Shown here in pieces: positions 18,256 to 27,767 of a DNA stretch of 64,000 bases (the stretch's first letter is position 1; each line of letters begins with the position of its first letter). Origin of the DNA: Candidatus Kerfeldbacteria bacterium. Lineage in GTDB: Bacteria; Patescibacteriota; Patescibacteriia; SBBC01; CAIJZX01. The notes beneath the pieces were generated by a model. It made no database searches. It saw only the letters and a program-made list of their open reading frames with translations, and was not told the origin of the DNA. The stretch is from the NCBI GenBank assembly GCA_016193315.1, contig JACPSJ010000001.1:663478-727477 (forward strand), in the 5' to 3' direction. The position numbers and the translations under genes are program-made.

Positions 18256-18888
18256 ATGACGCAACGGGCCATCGATGGAGACTGTATTTATTTCGTGACC
18301 ACCAACGTCAGCCATGGACGGTGGTTCTTTGACGAACCTACGAGAGCGTCCAAGATCGGCCAGGCCATCCAAACCTGCTGCCAAATGAAGCATTTTGATC
18401 TTCTGGCCTACTGCATCCTGCCTAACCATGTTCATCTCCTGGTCAGAAAGCTAAGGGTCGATGAGTCAAGCGGCTCCTCCTCTCTTCCCCGGCCACACCG
18501 CACGCGGGGGCGCGTGCTGTGTGGAGGAGGTGAAATAGAACTGGCCGACATACCAGGGGAGGCAAACGATATTTTCCTTTTCCCACACCGCAGGCGCCCT
18601 CGCCTGCGGTGCCCTCGCTCGCGGCCGTCCCCTGAGCGCTTCTCGCTCTCGCAGCTCATGCACTCCATCAAGAGCACGTTTGCCCACTCTCTCAGTCAAG
18701 GGAGATTTTGGCACCGCCGTTTCCACTTTCGGATCATTGAAACCGAAGAGTACTTTGCCAATGTCATTGAATACATCCGCTTTAACTACCGAAAGATGAA
18801 TCTGCCGGAAAGGTACGGCCAACCGCCGTTTGTGTTCATGGATGAGGGGGCAATCCGTCAAACCTGTACTAACCATAGCGAAGCTTGA
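18256..18888 (+). mobile_element. tnpA: IS200/IS605-family (RAYT-like) HuH tyrosine transposase tnpA, carrying an in-frame ~180-nt GC-rich palindromic insert
   Basis: HuH motif ILPNHVHLLV. C-terminal helix with Tyr (FANVIEYIRFNY) and FWHRRFH motif. Nt 18480-18660 between them hold two REP-like hairpins and encode a low-complexity ~60-aa insert. Confidence 0.7.
18493..18609 (+). repeat. Two REP-like palindromic units sharing the CACACCGCA(C/G)GCG head, inside the tnpA ORF
   Basis: ccacaccgcacgcg ggggg cgcgtgctgtgtgg is a 14-bp stem with one mismatch. ccgcaggcg ccct cgcctgcgg is a perfect 9-bp stem. Confidence 0.6.
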
Positions 18889-19126
18889 GCAGGAATATAT
18901 CATTGCTAGCACTAGGCCGATCCCATTCATGACCGCGACTGGACCATTCTCTATCAGAACCGCGTAAACAATCCATCAGACAAGCCCCACGATATATATT
19001 ATGTAACGCAGCAATGAGATGTCCTTTGTTGATCTTGTTTTCCAGCTTCTGACTACTTGTGGCAGAAGCGAGATGACCACGAGGATCCCCGCAACATAAC
19101 CAAGTGTGTCGATCATAGTTGCTCAT

Positions 19127-20242
19127 TCATGACTTAAACACCAACGCCGGATCAATCGAGGCTAGGCGCTTGGCCGGAATGAATGCCGCCAGGAGTGCCA
19201 TCACGATCGCCACGGCGAAAATCCATAGGAAATCGACCACCCTGAACCGGACCACGAATCCAGGCACTAAATTGCCGACGATCATTCCTAATCCAACGGC
19301 CACCATGACGCCAACTGCATATCCGAGCAACCCAGCAATCAGCGATTGAACCGCCACGATCTGATTCAAGTGCCGGCCAGTGGCACCGATGGCCTTGAGG
19401 ACGCCGTACTCGCGCGATTTCTCAATCGTAGAGGTGAAAATCGTCAGGCCGATCACCGCGATTCCCGTGGCCACGCCGATCAGCACCAGCACCAGAATGA
19501 TCGGCAAGAACGATTCCTTGATGAACTCGGCGTTGACGGAAACGAATTCGTCGCGAGGGAACACCGTGCTGTTGTCGACCGCGGTTTCAATTGCTCGTTG
19601 GGCGGTCTGTGAATCGGCACCTGGACTAAGCCGGACAAGAAAATAGTTAACGAGATTAGGGAGCTGAAAGATCCGATCGGCGTCAGGGCCGGACACAAAA
19701 GCGTACGATAACGTTACCAGGTCGCCACCGCTCGACAGACCAACAATGGTCAGACGGTCATCACCGATTTCTAGTGTGTCGCCGATAACCACGCGGCTGT
19801 TATTGGCAAAAATCCTATCTATGATGATTTCGCCGGGCCCGGGTACGGACTTTCCGTCAACGATGCGGACCGGGCCAGTGCTGTTTTGGCTCCCGTCGTA
19901 GCGAACAAGATAAACCACGCGGTCTTTGTCATTAACATGAAACGCCACGCGCTTGCCGATGAATGGCGTCACGCGGCTCACACCGCTAATTGAAACAATC
20001 TTGCTTCTGGCCGTGGCCGGCAGCAGCGAAATGCTATGGAACATGTCCCGTGATCCGGCTTGTCCGACCCACAAGTCGGCGTCTTGGCTACGAATGTATT
20101 CGCCGGTCTTAAAGCTCCAACCCTGGTAGAGCGCCTGCAGGATGATGATCAGGACAACCGAAAACGTCACGCCGCTGACGGTGATGACCAGCCGGCCGCG
20201 TTCGCCGAAGAGATTACGGAGGGCGATTAGGAGGGTGGGCAT
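19127..20242 (-). CDS. ABC transporter permease, FtsX-like (MacB/LolC/E family)
   Basis: N-terminal TM, large periplasmic domain and three C-terminal TM helices. Typical FtsX-like topology and length (371 aa). Confidence 0.8.
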   Translation of the reverse strand: MPTLLIALRNLFGERGRLVITVSGVTFSVVLIIILQALYQGWSFKTGEYIRSQDADLWVGQAGSRDMFHSISLLPATARSKIVSISGVSRVTPFIGKRVAFHVNDKDRVVYLVRYDGSQNSTGPVRIVDGKSVPGPGEIIIDRIFANNSRVVIGDTLEIGDDRLTIVGLSSGGDLVTLSYAFVSGPDADRIFQLPNLVNYFLVRLSPGADSQTAQRAIETAVDNSTVFPRDEFVSVNAEFIKESFLPIILVLVLIGVATGIAVIGLTIFTSTIEKSREYGVLKAIGATGRHLNQIVAVQSLIAGLLGYAVGVMVAVGLGMIVGNLVPGFVVRFRVVDFLWIFAVAIVMALLAAFIPAKRLASIDPALVFKS

Positions 20243-20245
20243 AAA

Positions 20246-20608
20246 TCAGCGGTATTTTCTCAGCAGCTGATTGAGGAATCGGATAATCGGTGTTCTCCAG
20301 TGGTGTTCTAGCTGTGTCCGTATCAGTTTTACCAAAGCCTTGTCAGTCGCCGACAGTTTTTGGCGACCGAGTTCGTAAATCTTACCCAAGATGAGATAAT
20401 CTTGATCCGTGGACAACACATATCTCTTTCTGTCGCGGGGCTGAACCGGGAACTGCTTCGTCAGTGTCTGCCGGCGCTTTTTCAAGATTCTCACGTACTT
20501 CTCATCATTCTCAGTCGCTTTTCTCAACGCCGCTCCACGAAGGCCGTGCCGGTAATAGTAATCCTCAATGGATTGTAGCGATGAACCTCTCATGGTCCTA
20601 GTCCACAT
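20246..20608 (-). CDS. Hypothetical protein (120 aa), basic, possible regulator
   Basis: ORF only. Slightly lower GC than the surroundings. Confidence 0.35.
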   Translation of the reverse strand: MWTRTMRGSSLQSIEDYYYRHGLRGAALRKATENDEKYVRILKKRRQTLTKQFPVQPRDRKRYVLSTDQDYLILGKIYELGRQKLSATDKALVKLIRTQLEHHWRTPIIRFLNQLLRKYR

Positions 20609-20657
20609 ATCTTTCGTTGAACTTTTTTTGCCGACCAGGAAAAAACGCGCACCGATA

Positions 20658-21167
20658 CTAGACTAGCGGTTTTTCTCGGAATTCGATTTCAATCCCGTCA
20701 ATGAGCTTGGTTTTGAGAAACCGACCAAGGCTATAGGTCGCGTCTTTCGCGATGAGACCCAGACGCTCCAGTTGCATCTGAACCCGTGGTAAATCTCCGA
20801 CCACGAAAGCGACGTGTTCAATGCCGGGTCGTAGGGTGCTTGGCTTGGCATCCGGTTTCGGTTCAAAGATTTCGATGCCCGGAAAACTGATTCCGGCGGA
20901 TGAGGCGGGTTTCGTAAATCGATACACACGATTGCGTCGCCCATGAATCATTTCATTATGGACCAGCTTGCAATACTTTGAGAGCGTCTTGTGTGCCGCA
21001 TTGAATTCTTCGCCATTAAGCACTTGGAGCCCAAGATGATCTGGGGTGAAAGCCGGCTGTTCTAAACGTAATCCAATCTTTTCTCCAACACTCAAGACTC
21101 GCGGAACTTGCTGCGATAAGAACTTTGTAAGTTGTGTTTGGCTGTTGATTGGATATTGCCTGGCCAC
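20658..21167 (-). CDS. VOC/glyoxalase-family domain protein
   Basis: C-terminal GIEHVAFVVGDLPRVQMQLERLGL glyoxalase-type motif. Start tentatively placed at GTG 21167 to avoid overlapping the upstream gene; the start is uncertain. Confidence 0.5.
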   Translation of the reverse strand: MARQYPINSQTQLTKFLSQQVPRVLSVGEKIGLRLEQPAFTPDHLGLQVLNGEEFNAAHKTLSKYCKLVHNEMIHGRRNRVYRFTKPASSAGISFPGIEIFEPKPDAKPSTLRPGIEHVAFVVGDLPRVQMQLERLGLIAKDATYSLGRFLKTKLIDGIEIEFREKPLV

Positions 21168-21213
21168 TATTTTTTGTCTTATCTTGTTCGGGCGAGGAAA
21201 AACATAGCTGGAA

Positions 21214-21831
21214 TTACTTGACGACCGCCACGACCCGGGTCGGCGACGCTTCGGCATGAATTCGCGGCGGGACGGCGACAATATCAAAATCGCTAACCCC
21301 CAGGAGCGATTCCAGATTCGTGAGGTTTTCAATAACCAGAATGACGTGTGGCAACAGGAGTTTGTGAATCGGATAGGGTTTGTAGTCTGGACTGGGAGTG
21401 TCCATGCCCACCATTTTCACTTCGCGCTCAATCGCCAAACGGGCAAATCCTTCTTCGATGACCGGGAAGCTTTCGTAGTATTCTGCCTGCTTATACTTGC
21501 GTGAAAATCCGGTAAACATAAGAACGATGTCGTCTTTCGCCGCATCACTTGCTTGCCGAAGATGAGCCCCGATTGACGGAGCGTCTCTGGCATCAATCAG
21601 GCGTCCTCTTCCGAAAAAACCATCGACTGGGAGATCGGAAATCCACTGGCCGCCATCAAGCATGTGTTGGGGCGCATCAACGTGCGTGCCGACGTGCATA
21701 CCGGTGTCAACCTGATAGTCAGTATGGCCGTCAACCTGCAAATCAAATATTTTGTTGATTGTGGCTGGCGGTGCGCCGGGGTTGACCGACGTGCTTTCGT
21801 CGAGGATGTGGGAAAAGTCTATGTAGCGCAT
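21214..21831 (-). CDS. Cyclase-family protein (kynurenine formamidase/arylformamidase-like)
   Basis: HxGTHxDxPxH metal-binding motif (HVGTHVDAPQH). Confidence 0.7.
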   Translation of the reverse strand: MRYIDFSHILDESTSVNPGAPPATINKIFDLQVDGHTDYQVDTGMHVGTHVDAPQHMLDGGQWISDLPVDGFFGRGRLIDARDAPSIGAHLRQASDAAKDDIVLMFTGFSRKYKQAEYYESFPVIEEGFARLAIEREVKMVGMDTPSPDYKPYPIHKLLLPHVILVIENLTNLESLLGVSDFDIVAVPPRIHAEASPTRVVAVVK

Positions 21832-22092
21832 GCGTTGTGAGTCTGATCTGAAGCCACCACGATGAGGTTACTCCTCGCCACCGCTCACCAGCACGACGCC
21901 GACGGCGGCAATCGCTAGGATGAGTCCGTCATGGATCCAGAGGGTCGGGCGGAGATTGCCGCCACCGACCGTTTGCCGGCGGCTGTTTGGGCGGCGACAC
22001 CGTTGGCCTGCCTCTCTAGCAAACGGGAAGCCAGGGTTCCCTCAATCACGTACAGCGCCATCTTAGCCCAGAACAACCGGCTCGAGCGAAAT

Positions 22093-22299
22093 TCAGCCCA
22101 ATCTTTGGCCGAGAGTATGATCGGTGACGAGTTGCCAGGCAGAGGCCCACCGGCCGAAGCGGCTAACGAAGTGGAGCCGATCAATATCGCGGGCGCTGAT
22201 CGGCGCGGTGAACACCGACAGTAGAGCGAGCACCACGATGCCAATGACCACGCCGGCTCCAAGAACGTGGAGGATCATGATGAACAGGTGGAACGACAT
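22093..22299 (-). CDS. Small hydrophobic membrane protein, possibly part of a frameshifted gene together with the overlapping ORF 21915-22262
   Basis: Two overlapping minus-strand ORFs in different frames, both membrane-like. Confidence 0.3.
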   Translation of the reverse strand: MSFHLFIMILHVLGAGVVIGIVVLALLSVFTAPISARDIDRLHFVSRFGRWASAWQLVTDHTLGQRLG

Positions 22300-22322
22300 A
22301 TATTTCGCGGCTTGAGGCTAAT

Positions 22323-22457
22323 TCATTTCCGCTGCAGGTATTTTGCCATGCACAGAATCGCGTACACCAATGCCACGTTGATGATGATGTATGTGATCCA
22401 GGCGAAAAACATCAATCCGCTACCGCCGATCCCCCGCATCATTCCGTAGTCCATCAT
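22323..22457 (-). CDS. 44-aa single-TM small protein
   Basis: Strong SD GAGGAGGTGG 7 nt upstream of ATGATG. Sequence MMDYGMMRGIGGSGLMFFAWITYIIINVALVYAILCMAKYLQRK. Not in the ORF track (below 60 aa). Confidence 0.5.
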   Translation of the reverse strand: MMDYGMMRGIGGSGLMFFAWITYIIINVALVYAILCMAKYLQRK

Positions 22458-22513
22458 CTTCGACCACCTCCTCTCATACTAGCAGGAAGTATACTCTGGG
22501 ACGCGTCTTATTG

Positions 22514-23149
22514 CTACAACTTCGCCAGTTCACCCACCAGTTGGTCATTATGAATCGCCATGTTCGCATCGTCGTAGACGTGTCGAATGATGCCTTGCTT
22601 GTCGATGACCACGTACGAGTGGCCCGGTAACTGGCCATAGTGCATTGAAGACTTGGTAGTCAACATCCCGTACTTCGACGAGACCGCGCCGTTGGTGTCA
22701 TGAACCACGATGGCACGGGCCAGTTCCGGCATCTGACTCACCGCTTTGTCCCACTCAGACCTGCTATCCACGACCACTGATAAGGTCACCACGCCGTCGG
22801 CGCTGAACCGTTCGTCGCTTCCCAAAACGGCAATCTGATTCCAACAGGCCGGGTAGCACATCATGCCTTCGTTGAAGAATAGCACCACATTCTTGCCTTT
22901 CAGGGACGCTAGTGAGTACTTACTGCCATTGTGGTCCGTCAACAAGAAGTCAGGAGCTGGCTTTCCGACCATGGATTGCAGATCGGCATATGGCCCCGAT
23001 GTGACCCCGTGGTGCCCATCTGAGCTGGTTGTGTCTGACGGTATGGGAGCGGTGGACCCACCCTTTGATACGCCCAGGTAGACCAATCCACCGACCACGA
23101 TGATGGTCATGATGACGGCGATAGTGCCGCCGTTACTGTTTCGATGCAT
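22514..23149 (-). CDS. Membrane-anchored thioredoxin-fold (redoxin/TlpA-like) thiol-disulfide oxidoreductase
   Basis: N-terminal TM, redoxin-like core NVVLFFNEGMMCYPACW (Cys pair) and a thioredoxin-fold length profile. Confidence 0.6.
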   Translation of the reverse strand: MHRNSNGGTIAVIMTIIVVGGLVYLGVSKGGSTAPIPSDTTSSDGHHGVTSGPYADLQSMVGKPAPDFLLTDHNGSKYSLASLKGKNVVLFFNEGMMCYPACWNQIAVLGSDERFSADGVVTLSVVVDSRSEWDKAVSQMPELARAIVVHDTNGAVSSKYGMLTTKSSMHYGQLPGHSYVVIDKQGIIRHVYDDANMAIHNDQLVGELAKL

Positions 23150-24008
23150 ACGATTGTTCCTTTCTAAGCAGATAGATAACTCGAATGGTAAGCCCCAGGA
23201 AGAAAAGGACGATCAGTGCCGCCCACCATGATTCAGGCAACAATGCTGTAAACCCCTGGATGGATTTTGTCAGCTTGGTCATCCAAATGTTGACCGAGGT
23301 CTGAAAGCTGCTATGGACTGCCAAGCGGTTACCCAGGGCCAGTGAGATTGTCAGGATCCCCATGCCAACGAAGATGATCCCGGACACGACTTCCGGAATC
23401 GTCAGGGACACCACCCGGCTGCCAAGACGATAGTGGAGTGGCCGGCGGAAACGCATCAGTTTCTCGGTTGCTCCGGCGCGATCGAGCAGCAAGGCCAGCA
23501 AGAACAGCGGGGTCACCATGCCTAAGACGTAACTGAGCGTGTATGCCCCGCCGAGCCAGATTGACCCAGGCAAAGCGGCCAAGGCCATGACGCCAGCCAG
23601 GACCGGCGCGCAACAGGTGGTGGCAATGCCGGAGAAAATCCCGAGCGTGAAGACTGACCATGGGTGATGATCCTTCAAGCTTGGATGAACTGGCGACTTG
23701 ATCGACCAGCGCCAGCCGAGCAAGAGCATCACGCCGAGCAGTAGGAGGAATGAACCGCCGATGGCGAAAATGAGGTTATGATAGCGGCTCAGGAATTGGC
23801 TGAAGGCCGCAAAGCCCAGTCCGATCGGTAGAAAAACCAACAAGATGCCGAGGAAGAAGATGAATGTCATCAGGAACACCTGGCGCCGCTCGCGGAAAAT
23901 CGAACCGAGGTAGGATGGCAGTAATACAGTGATGCAACACGGCGCAAAGAGCGCGGCCACGCCAGCCACGAAGGCGGCGACGATGGAAGTGCTGACCAGT
24001 AGGCTCAT
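23133..24008 (-). CDS. ccdA: Cytochrome c-type biogenesis protein CcdA / DsbD-family transmembrane electron transporter
   Basis: N-terminal ALFAPCCITVLLP Cys pair in TM1, six or more TM helices, DsbD-beta-like layout. Confidence 0.7.
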   Translation of the reverse strand: MSLLVSTSIVAAFVAGVAALFAPCCITVLLPSYLGSIFRERRQVFLMTFIFFLGILLVFLPIGLGFAAFSQFLSRYHNLIFAIGGSFLLLLGVMLLLGWRWSIKSPVHPSLKDHHPWSVFTLGIFSGIATTCCAPVLAGVMALAALPGSIWLGGAYTLSYVLGMVTPLFLLALLLDRAGATEKLMRFRRPLHYRLGSRVVSLTIPEVVSGIIFVGMGILTISLALGNRLAVHSSFQTSVNIWMTKLTKSIQGFTALLPESWWAALIVLFFLGLTIRVIYLLRKEQSYASKQ

Positions 24009-24661
24009 AACTCGAATGGCAATTCCCGAGTCGCGACACCTCCGACGTCATGGACCACCACGGACACGCCACGGTCGTCAACGGCAGGAAACTCTAGCCG
24101 GTAGTTCTGGTGGTGGGATGACCTGTCCCCGGCCAACAAGACGGCTTTCGGCGTGTACTCTTGAGCTCCGACATGGAGCCGAACTTGATGGGGCGGATCA
24201 AAGTCCGTCAGATCAACGGTGTGCGTGTTGAGCGAGACGACAAACTCCAGATTCCGAGCATCTGGATCGTGCTTTGCCTCAACGATCACACCGCCCTGGC
24301 CGTTGTCAATCGCCTGATGGCTGCCAGCCGCGGCGCCGGTAATTTTCGAATCGGGCTCAACACGAGCGGCCTTCTTGGAGAACCCGCGGGCGGCGGCGAT
24401 GAGAACTACCGCCACGGCAAATACCGTCAGCCAGACCAGCACTTCGCGAGTCCAAGATATCCTGCTCAGCGACGTGGCTGGCGCCTGGACTTTGGTTGCC
24501 GCCAGATACTGTTCTGGATTGGTGATGAATTGCTGCTGGCAGTTCTCCGCGCAGAAGTACCAGCTCACGCCTTGATGAATATACGAATACTTCGCCGTGG
24601 CCGGATCTACGGACATGCCACAGACCGGATCGCGTACTTGTTTTTGAATTATGTTGTCCAT
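24005..24661 (-). CDS. YHS/TRASH-domain membrane protein with a His-containing C-terminal extracytoplasmic domain
   Basis: N-terminal DPVCGMSVD...WYFCAENC (YHS metal-binding), one TM, and a C-terminal domain homologous to that of the next gene. Confidence 0.55.
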   Translation of the reverse strand: MDNIIQKQVRDPVCGMSVDPATAKYSYIHQGVSWYFCAENCQQQFITNPEQYLAATKVQAPATSLSRISWTREVLVWLTVFAVAVVLIAAARGFSKKAARVEPDSKITGAAAGSHQAIDNGQGGVIVEAKHDPDARNLEFVVSLNTHTVDLTDFDPPHQVRLHVGAQEYTPKAVLLAGDRSSHHQNYRLEFPAVDDRGVSVVVHDVGGVATRELPFEL

Positions 24662-24680
24662 GCTGGTAGAAGGTTAAGAA

Positions 24681-25613
24681 TTACCAAGATGTGAGGTTAT
24701 CCCACATGAAGGTACGCACCGGAACCCCACCCAGATCGCGCAACGTCAGGCTGACCGGCGGCGATGCCAGAACGCCGAATTTCAGTATTCCCTTCCGGTG
24801 GTGCCCGCCGGGCGGGTCGCCCACCCACCCCTGCGGTGACGCGGCCTGGCCGGCGGCATCGATTAGTGACGAGATGGTCACCATATCTTGGGTCACATTA
24901 ACCGCATGATTGTCGATCGACACCGAGAATTCCCATGAACCGTCGGTGTTCCGCTGCGGAGTGACCGACACCGTCATGCCGTTCTCCGCGTTGGTTCTGG
25001 TCAGACCGGAACTTGATACGCCGGTAGCATTCCCCGCTTCCGCGGCTTGTGGTGTGGGATGATTCGTTCGTCCGCCAAGGATCGACACTATCGTGACAAC
25101 AATCACGAAGGCGGTGATGACGACGGCATTATTGATCAGCGAAGGCGCGGCGGAGGCAATCTCACGAGGGATCTTTTTCGTCCCCACCACCGGCGTCCGC
25201 ACCCGGATAACCTGTCGGGCTAGGTAGCCAATGCCAAACAGGTTAAAGGCCAACCCAACCCAAAAAAGCTGGACTTGGTACTGACCGATGAACGTGGACA
25301 CGCCGGCGGCGCTGATGATCGGCAGGATGTTGGCCAGGTAGTGAGCACAGCAGGAAACCATGGTGGCGGTGGAGGTACTACCAGTCACGGCCATCAATCT
25401 CTTGGACATCATCCGCTGGTGCACTTCTCTCAGGTGAATGTAGAGCCCGACCTGGACCCCGAAGCCGACCGCCAGCGGCACGAAATAGTACCAGTACTGC
25501 CCAAACTGGTTCTTCGTCGTCGCCCAGCCGGAGATGCTTGTCACCAGCAGCACAAACACCACCAGCAGTGCGTCAGCGGCCACGAGTCCGGCGATGAACG
25601 GGCGCTTGCTCAT
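24681..25613 (-). CDS. Polytopic membrane protein with intramembrane Cys-Cys (SCCAHY) and a C-terminal domain paralogous to that of 24005-24661
   Basis: TM helices. MVSCCAHYLANILP. C-terminal EFSVSIDNHAVNV...GGHHRKG...LRDLGGVPVRTF aligns to EFVVSLNTHTVDL...SSHHQNY...VHDVGGVATREL. Confidence 0.5.
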   Translation of the reverse strand: MSKRPFIAGLVAADALLVVFVLLVTSISGWATTKNQFGQYWYYFVPLAVGFGVQVGLYIHLREVHQRMMSKRLMAVTGSTSTATMVSCCAHYLANILPIISAAGVSTFIGQYQVQLFWVGLAFNLFGIGYLARQVIRVRTPVVGTKKIPREIASAAPSLINNAVVITAFVIVVTIVSILGGRTNHPTPQAAEAGNATGVSSSGLTRTNAENGMTVSVTPQRNTDGSWEFSVSIDNHAVNVTQDMVTISSLIDAAGQAASPQGWVGDPPGGHHRKGILKFGVLASPPVSLTLRDLGGVPVRTFMWDNLTSW

Positions 25614-25617
25614 ACAA

Positions 25618-26397
25618 TCATTTCGTCAGTCCGTGCAGGCCGTCCGCGCCAGCCCCGCCATGCGCGGCATGACCGATAACATTCACCTTGCCGGTAGCGA
25701 GGAGGTAGTCTTCCACCGCTCCTTTCGGATACCAGATCGCCTGCCAGCGGAAAGCTTCGCCGCGGAGCTGTTCGTTCGTGTACTTGGCGCCGTAGGTTTG
25801 GAGCATATACTTGAAGTACCCGCGGGCGGCTTTGGCGTGAGCACAAGCGCAGTTCCGATTACGGGTCACCAGGCCGGGTTGGCCGCAGCAGTAGCTGCAT
25901 GGAAGATCGTTGGTCAAGGTATCATAACGCGTCTGAAGCTCACCCGTCATCTCCATTGTCTCGTACGCGCCCCACTTGTTTTGGGCGGTCACCGGGTCAG
26001 CGAACGAGACGCCATCCGGAGCGTACGGCGGCGAATCAGTGCCCAGCATGACCACTTCAGCGTCTGCTAGCGCGTCGCCAGATTTCGGGTTGGCTGGCAC
26101 GTCGCTAATGGTTGGTTGTTCAACCAGGCTGGTAGTTTTTCCGTCGGGATTGATGGTGGGGGCAATGATGGTCTTGGCCGAGGCGGTCTGAATGCCGAGC
26201 ATCGATTTCACCGACGCCAGGGGTGAGGCAGCCATCGACTTCGGCGAAATGGATATGATCATCAACTGGTTGGCGGCCAAGATGACGGTAATAATCCAGC
26301 CGACGATCTTGGCCATTCGTTCATTCGTCCGGCGGTCGGCGGCCATGAACCAGCCGGCTGCCTGCGGGCGATGGTTTGTAGCAGTAGTGCCCGTCAT
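25618..26397 (-). CDS. Cys-rich extracytoplasmic protein (CSYCCG...CACAH motif, His-rich C-terminus)
   Basis: N-terminal TM anchor. Cluster CSYCCGQPGLVTRNRNCACAHA. C-terminal GHAAHGGAGADGLHG. Confidence 0.45.
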   Translation of the reverse strand: MTGTTATNHRPQAAGWFMAADRRTNERMAKIVGWIITVILAANQLMIISISPKSMAASPLASVKSMLGIQTASAKTIIAPTINPDGKTTSLVEQPTISDVPANPKSGDALADAEVVMLGTDSPPYAPDGVSFADPVTAQNKWGAYETMEMTGELQTRYDTLTNDLPCSYCCGQPGLVTRNRNCACAHAKAARGYFKYMLQTYGAKYTNEQLRGEAFRWQAIWYPKGAVEDYLLATGKVNVIGHAAHGGAGADGLHGLTK

Positions 26398-26404
26398 GAT
26401 ATTG

Positions 26405-26689
26405 CTAGCAACCCCCGACTTGCGGTTGAAGTCCTGAATCCGAGCTGGCCGACGGCGTCGGGGTCGTGCCCGCGCTGGTGGTCGATGCCTTGGCCGTCAC
26501 ATTGTCCTTCAGGCGGGCCAGTTGGATCGTTTGGAATCCGGCAATGACGGCAATCAAGATCAAGGCCGTGACTTGCCAGTTTGGCTTTGGAATACGCAGG
26601 GTGAGGGCTGGCGGTTTTTCGTTCGCTTCCGGTTTGGGCTCAGTTGGCGTGGTGGTGTGTTCGTGGTCCATACTGCTTGTTCCTTTCAT
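26405..26689 (-). CDS. Small single-TM protein (94 aa)
   Basis: ORF with a central hydrophobic helix and Thr/Pro-rich tails. Confidence 0.35.
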   Translation of the reverse strand: MKGTSSMDHEHTTTPTEPKPEANEKPPALTLRIPKPNWQVTALILIAVIAGFQTIQLARLKDNVTAKASTTSAGTTPTPSASSDSGLQPQVGGC

Positions 26690-26699
26690 TGGTTAATGC

Positions 26700-27638
26700 T
26701 CAAGGTGTTGAGATATTGGTATTAGGGTTTCCGGTTTGGCCGGATGTCGTCGGCGGAGTAATCACTTTTTTTGTGATCAAATCGTAATAGGTACCCATCC
26801 GATCCTGGGCCGACCGGAAGACATACGCCCCATCCGGCTCGATCGTCCCGGCGTTGGTCTTCCAGACTTCGTCAAATCCGACGTAGGATGCCAAGTCCCC
26901 AGTCAGGATCAGGGTTGGGGTGGTGGTGATCGAATACCGTTTGACTAGTTTCTGGCCCTCATCTTCGACTCGATCAATCGTCTTTTCCTCGGCGGGAATC
27001 ATGCCGACTTGAGCCAAGGCTTGCCGGTTGATGGTCGGATCATAGCACGGCTGGCAGCCTTTCTCCGTCATGTATATAGCTTGGAAGATACCCCGAGTTT
27101 GGCCGCTCGTCAGATCCACGTAGGGCGGGGGTACGTTGGAACCGACGAAAACGTCGCCTTGTAGCTGGCCAAACGATTTCAACCCAGGGGCGACAGTCAA
27201 GAGTTTCTCGGTTTGACCGCGGATGATGAAAGCTGGTGACCGGCCGATGCCAAACTGTTTGATCAGCGCCGTCCCCTCTTCGGAACCAACGTCGACAGTG
27301 CGGGGATTCGTAATGGTGACTTTCTCGTTGGTATCAAGATTAGCCAGCAGGCCGTTGACGTTGTAACAGTTGCGACAGTCTGGACTGACCAACGCGATCG
27401 TTTCGATGGCCGCCGGTTTCTTGGCCTCGGCCGCGGCTTGCTTCTGGGCAGCTACGTCTTGCGCCATCCCGCTCAGAAAGACGTTGTTGCTCGCTAACAA
27501 AGCCACCGCCACAACAAACAGCGTGAAGTAACCCAGACCGCGAGTTAGATGTCTTGACGGACTGCGTATCGGTGCTGGCGGCGCCGAGTCGAAGCGGGAG
27601 CAGGCGTTGGCGTCGACGGTAGTAGACGGTGGCATCAT
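26700..27638 (-). CDS. Membrane-anchored protein with two CxxC motifs (tandem thioredoxin/DsbA-like modules)
   Basis: CRNCY and CQPCY motifs ~110 aa apart, after an N-terminal TM helix. Confidence 0.5.
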   Translation of the reverse strand: MMPPSTTVDANACSRFDSAPPAPIRSPSRHLTRGLGYFTLFVVAVALLASNNVFLSGMAQDVAAQKQAAAEAKKPAAIETIALVSPDCRNCYNVNGLLANLDTNEKVTITNPRTVDVGSEEGTALIKQFGIGRSPAFIIRGQTEKLLTVAPGLKSFGQLQGDVFVGSNVPPPYVDLTSGQTRGIFQAIYMTEKGCQPCYDPTINRQALAQVGMIPAEEKTIDRVEDEGQKLVKRYSITTTPTLILTGDLASYVGFDEVWKTNAGTIEPDGAYVFRSAQDRMGTYYDLITKKVITPPTTSGQTGNPNTNISTP

Positions 27639-27767
27639 CAGTTTCCTTGGCGCCGGATCTTTCTTGGGTTGTCCATGGCGATTCCCTAGTGATAAGCAAG
27701 TGAATAAGCAAAAACGCCCATCAGGGCGTCTGGACGCGTGCAGGCTAGGCCGCCAGAGGCGGGTAGT

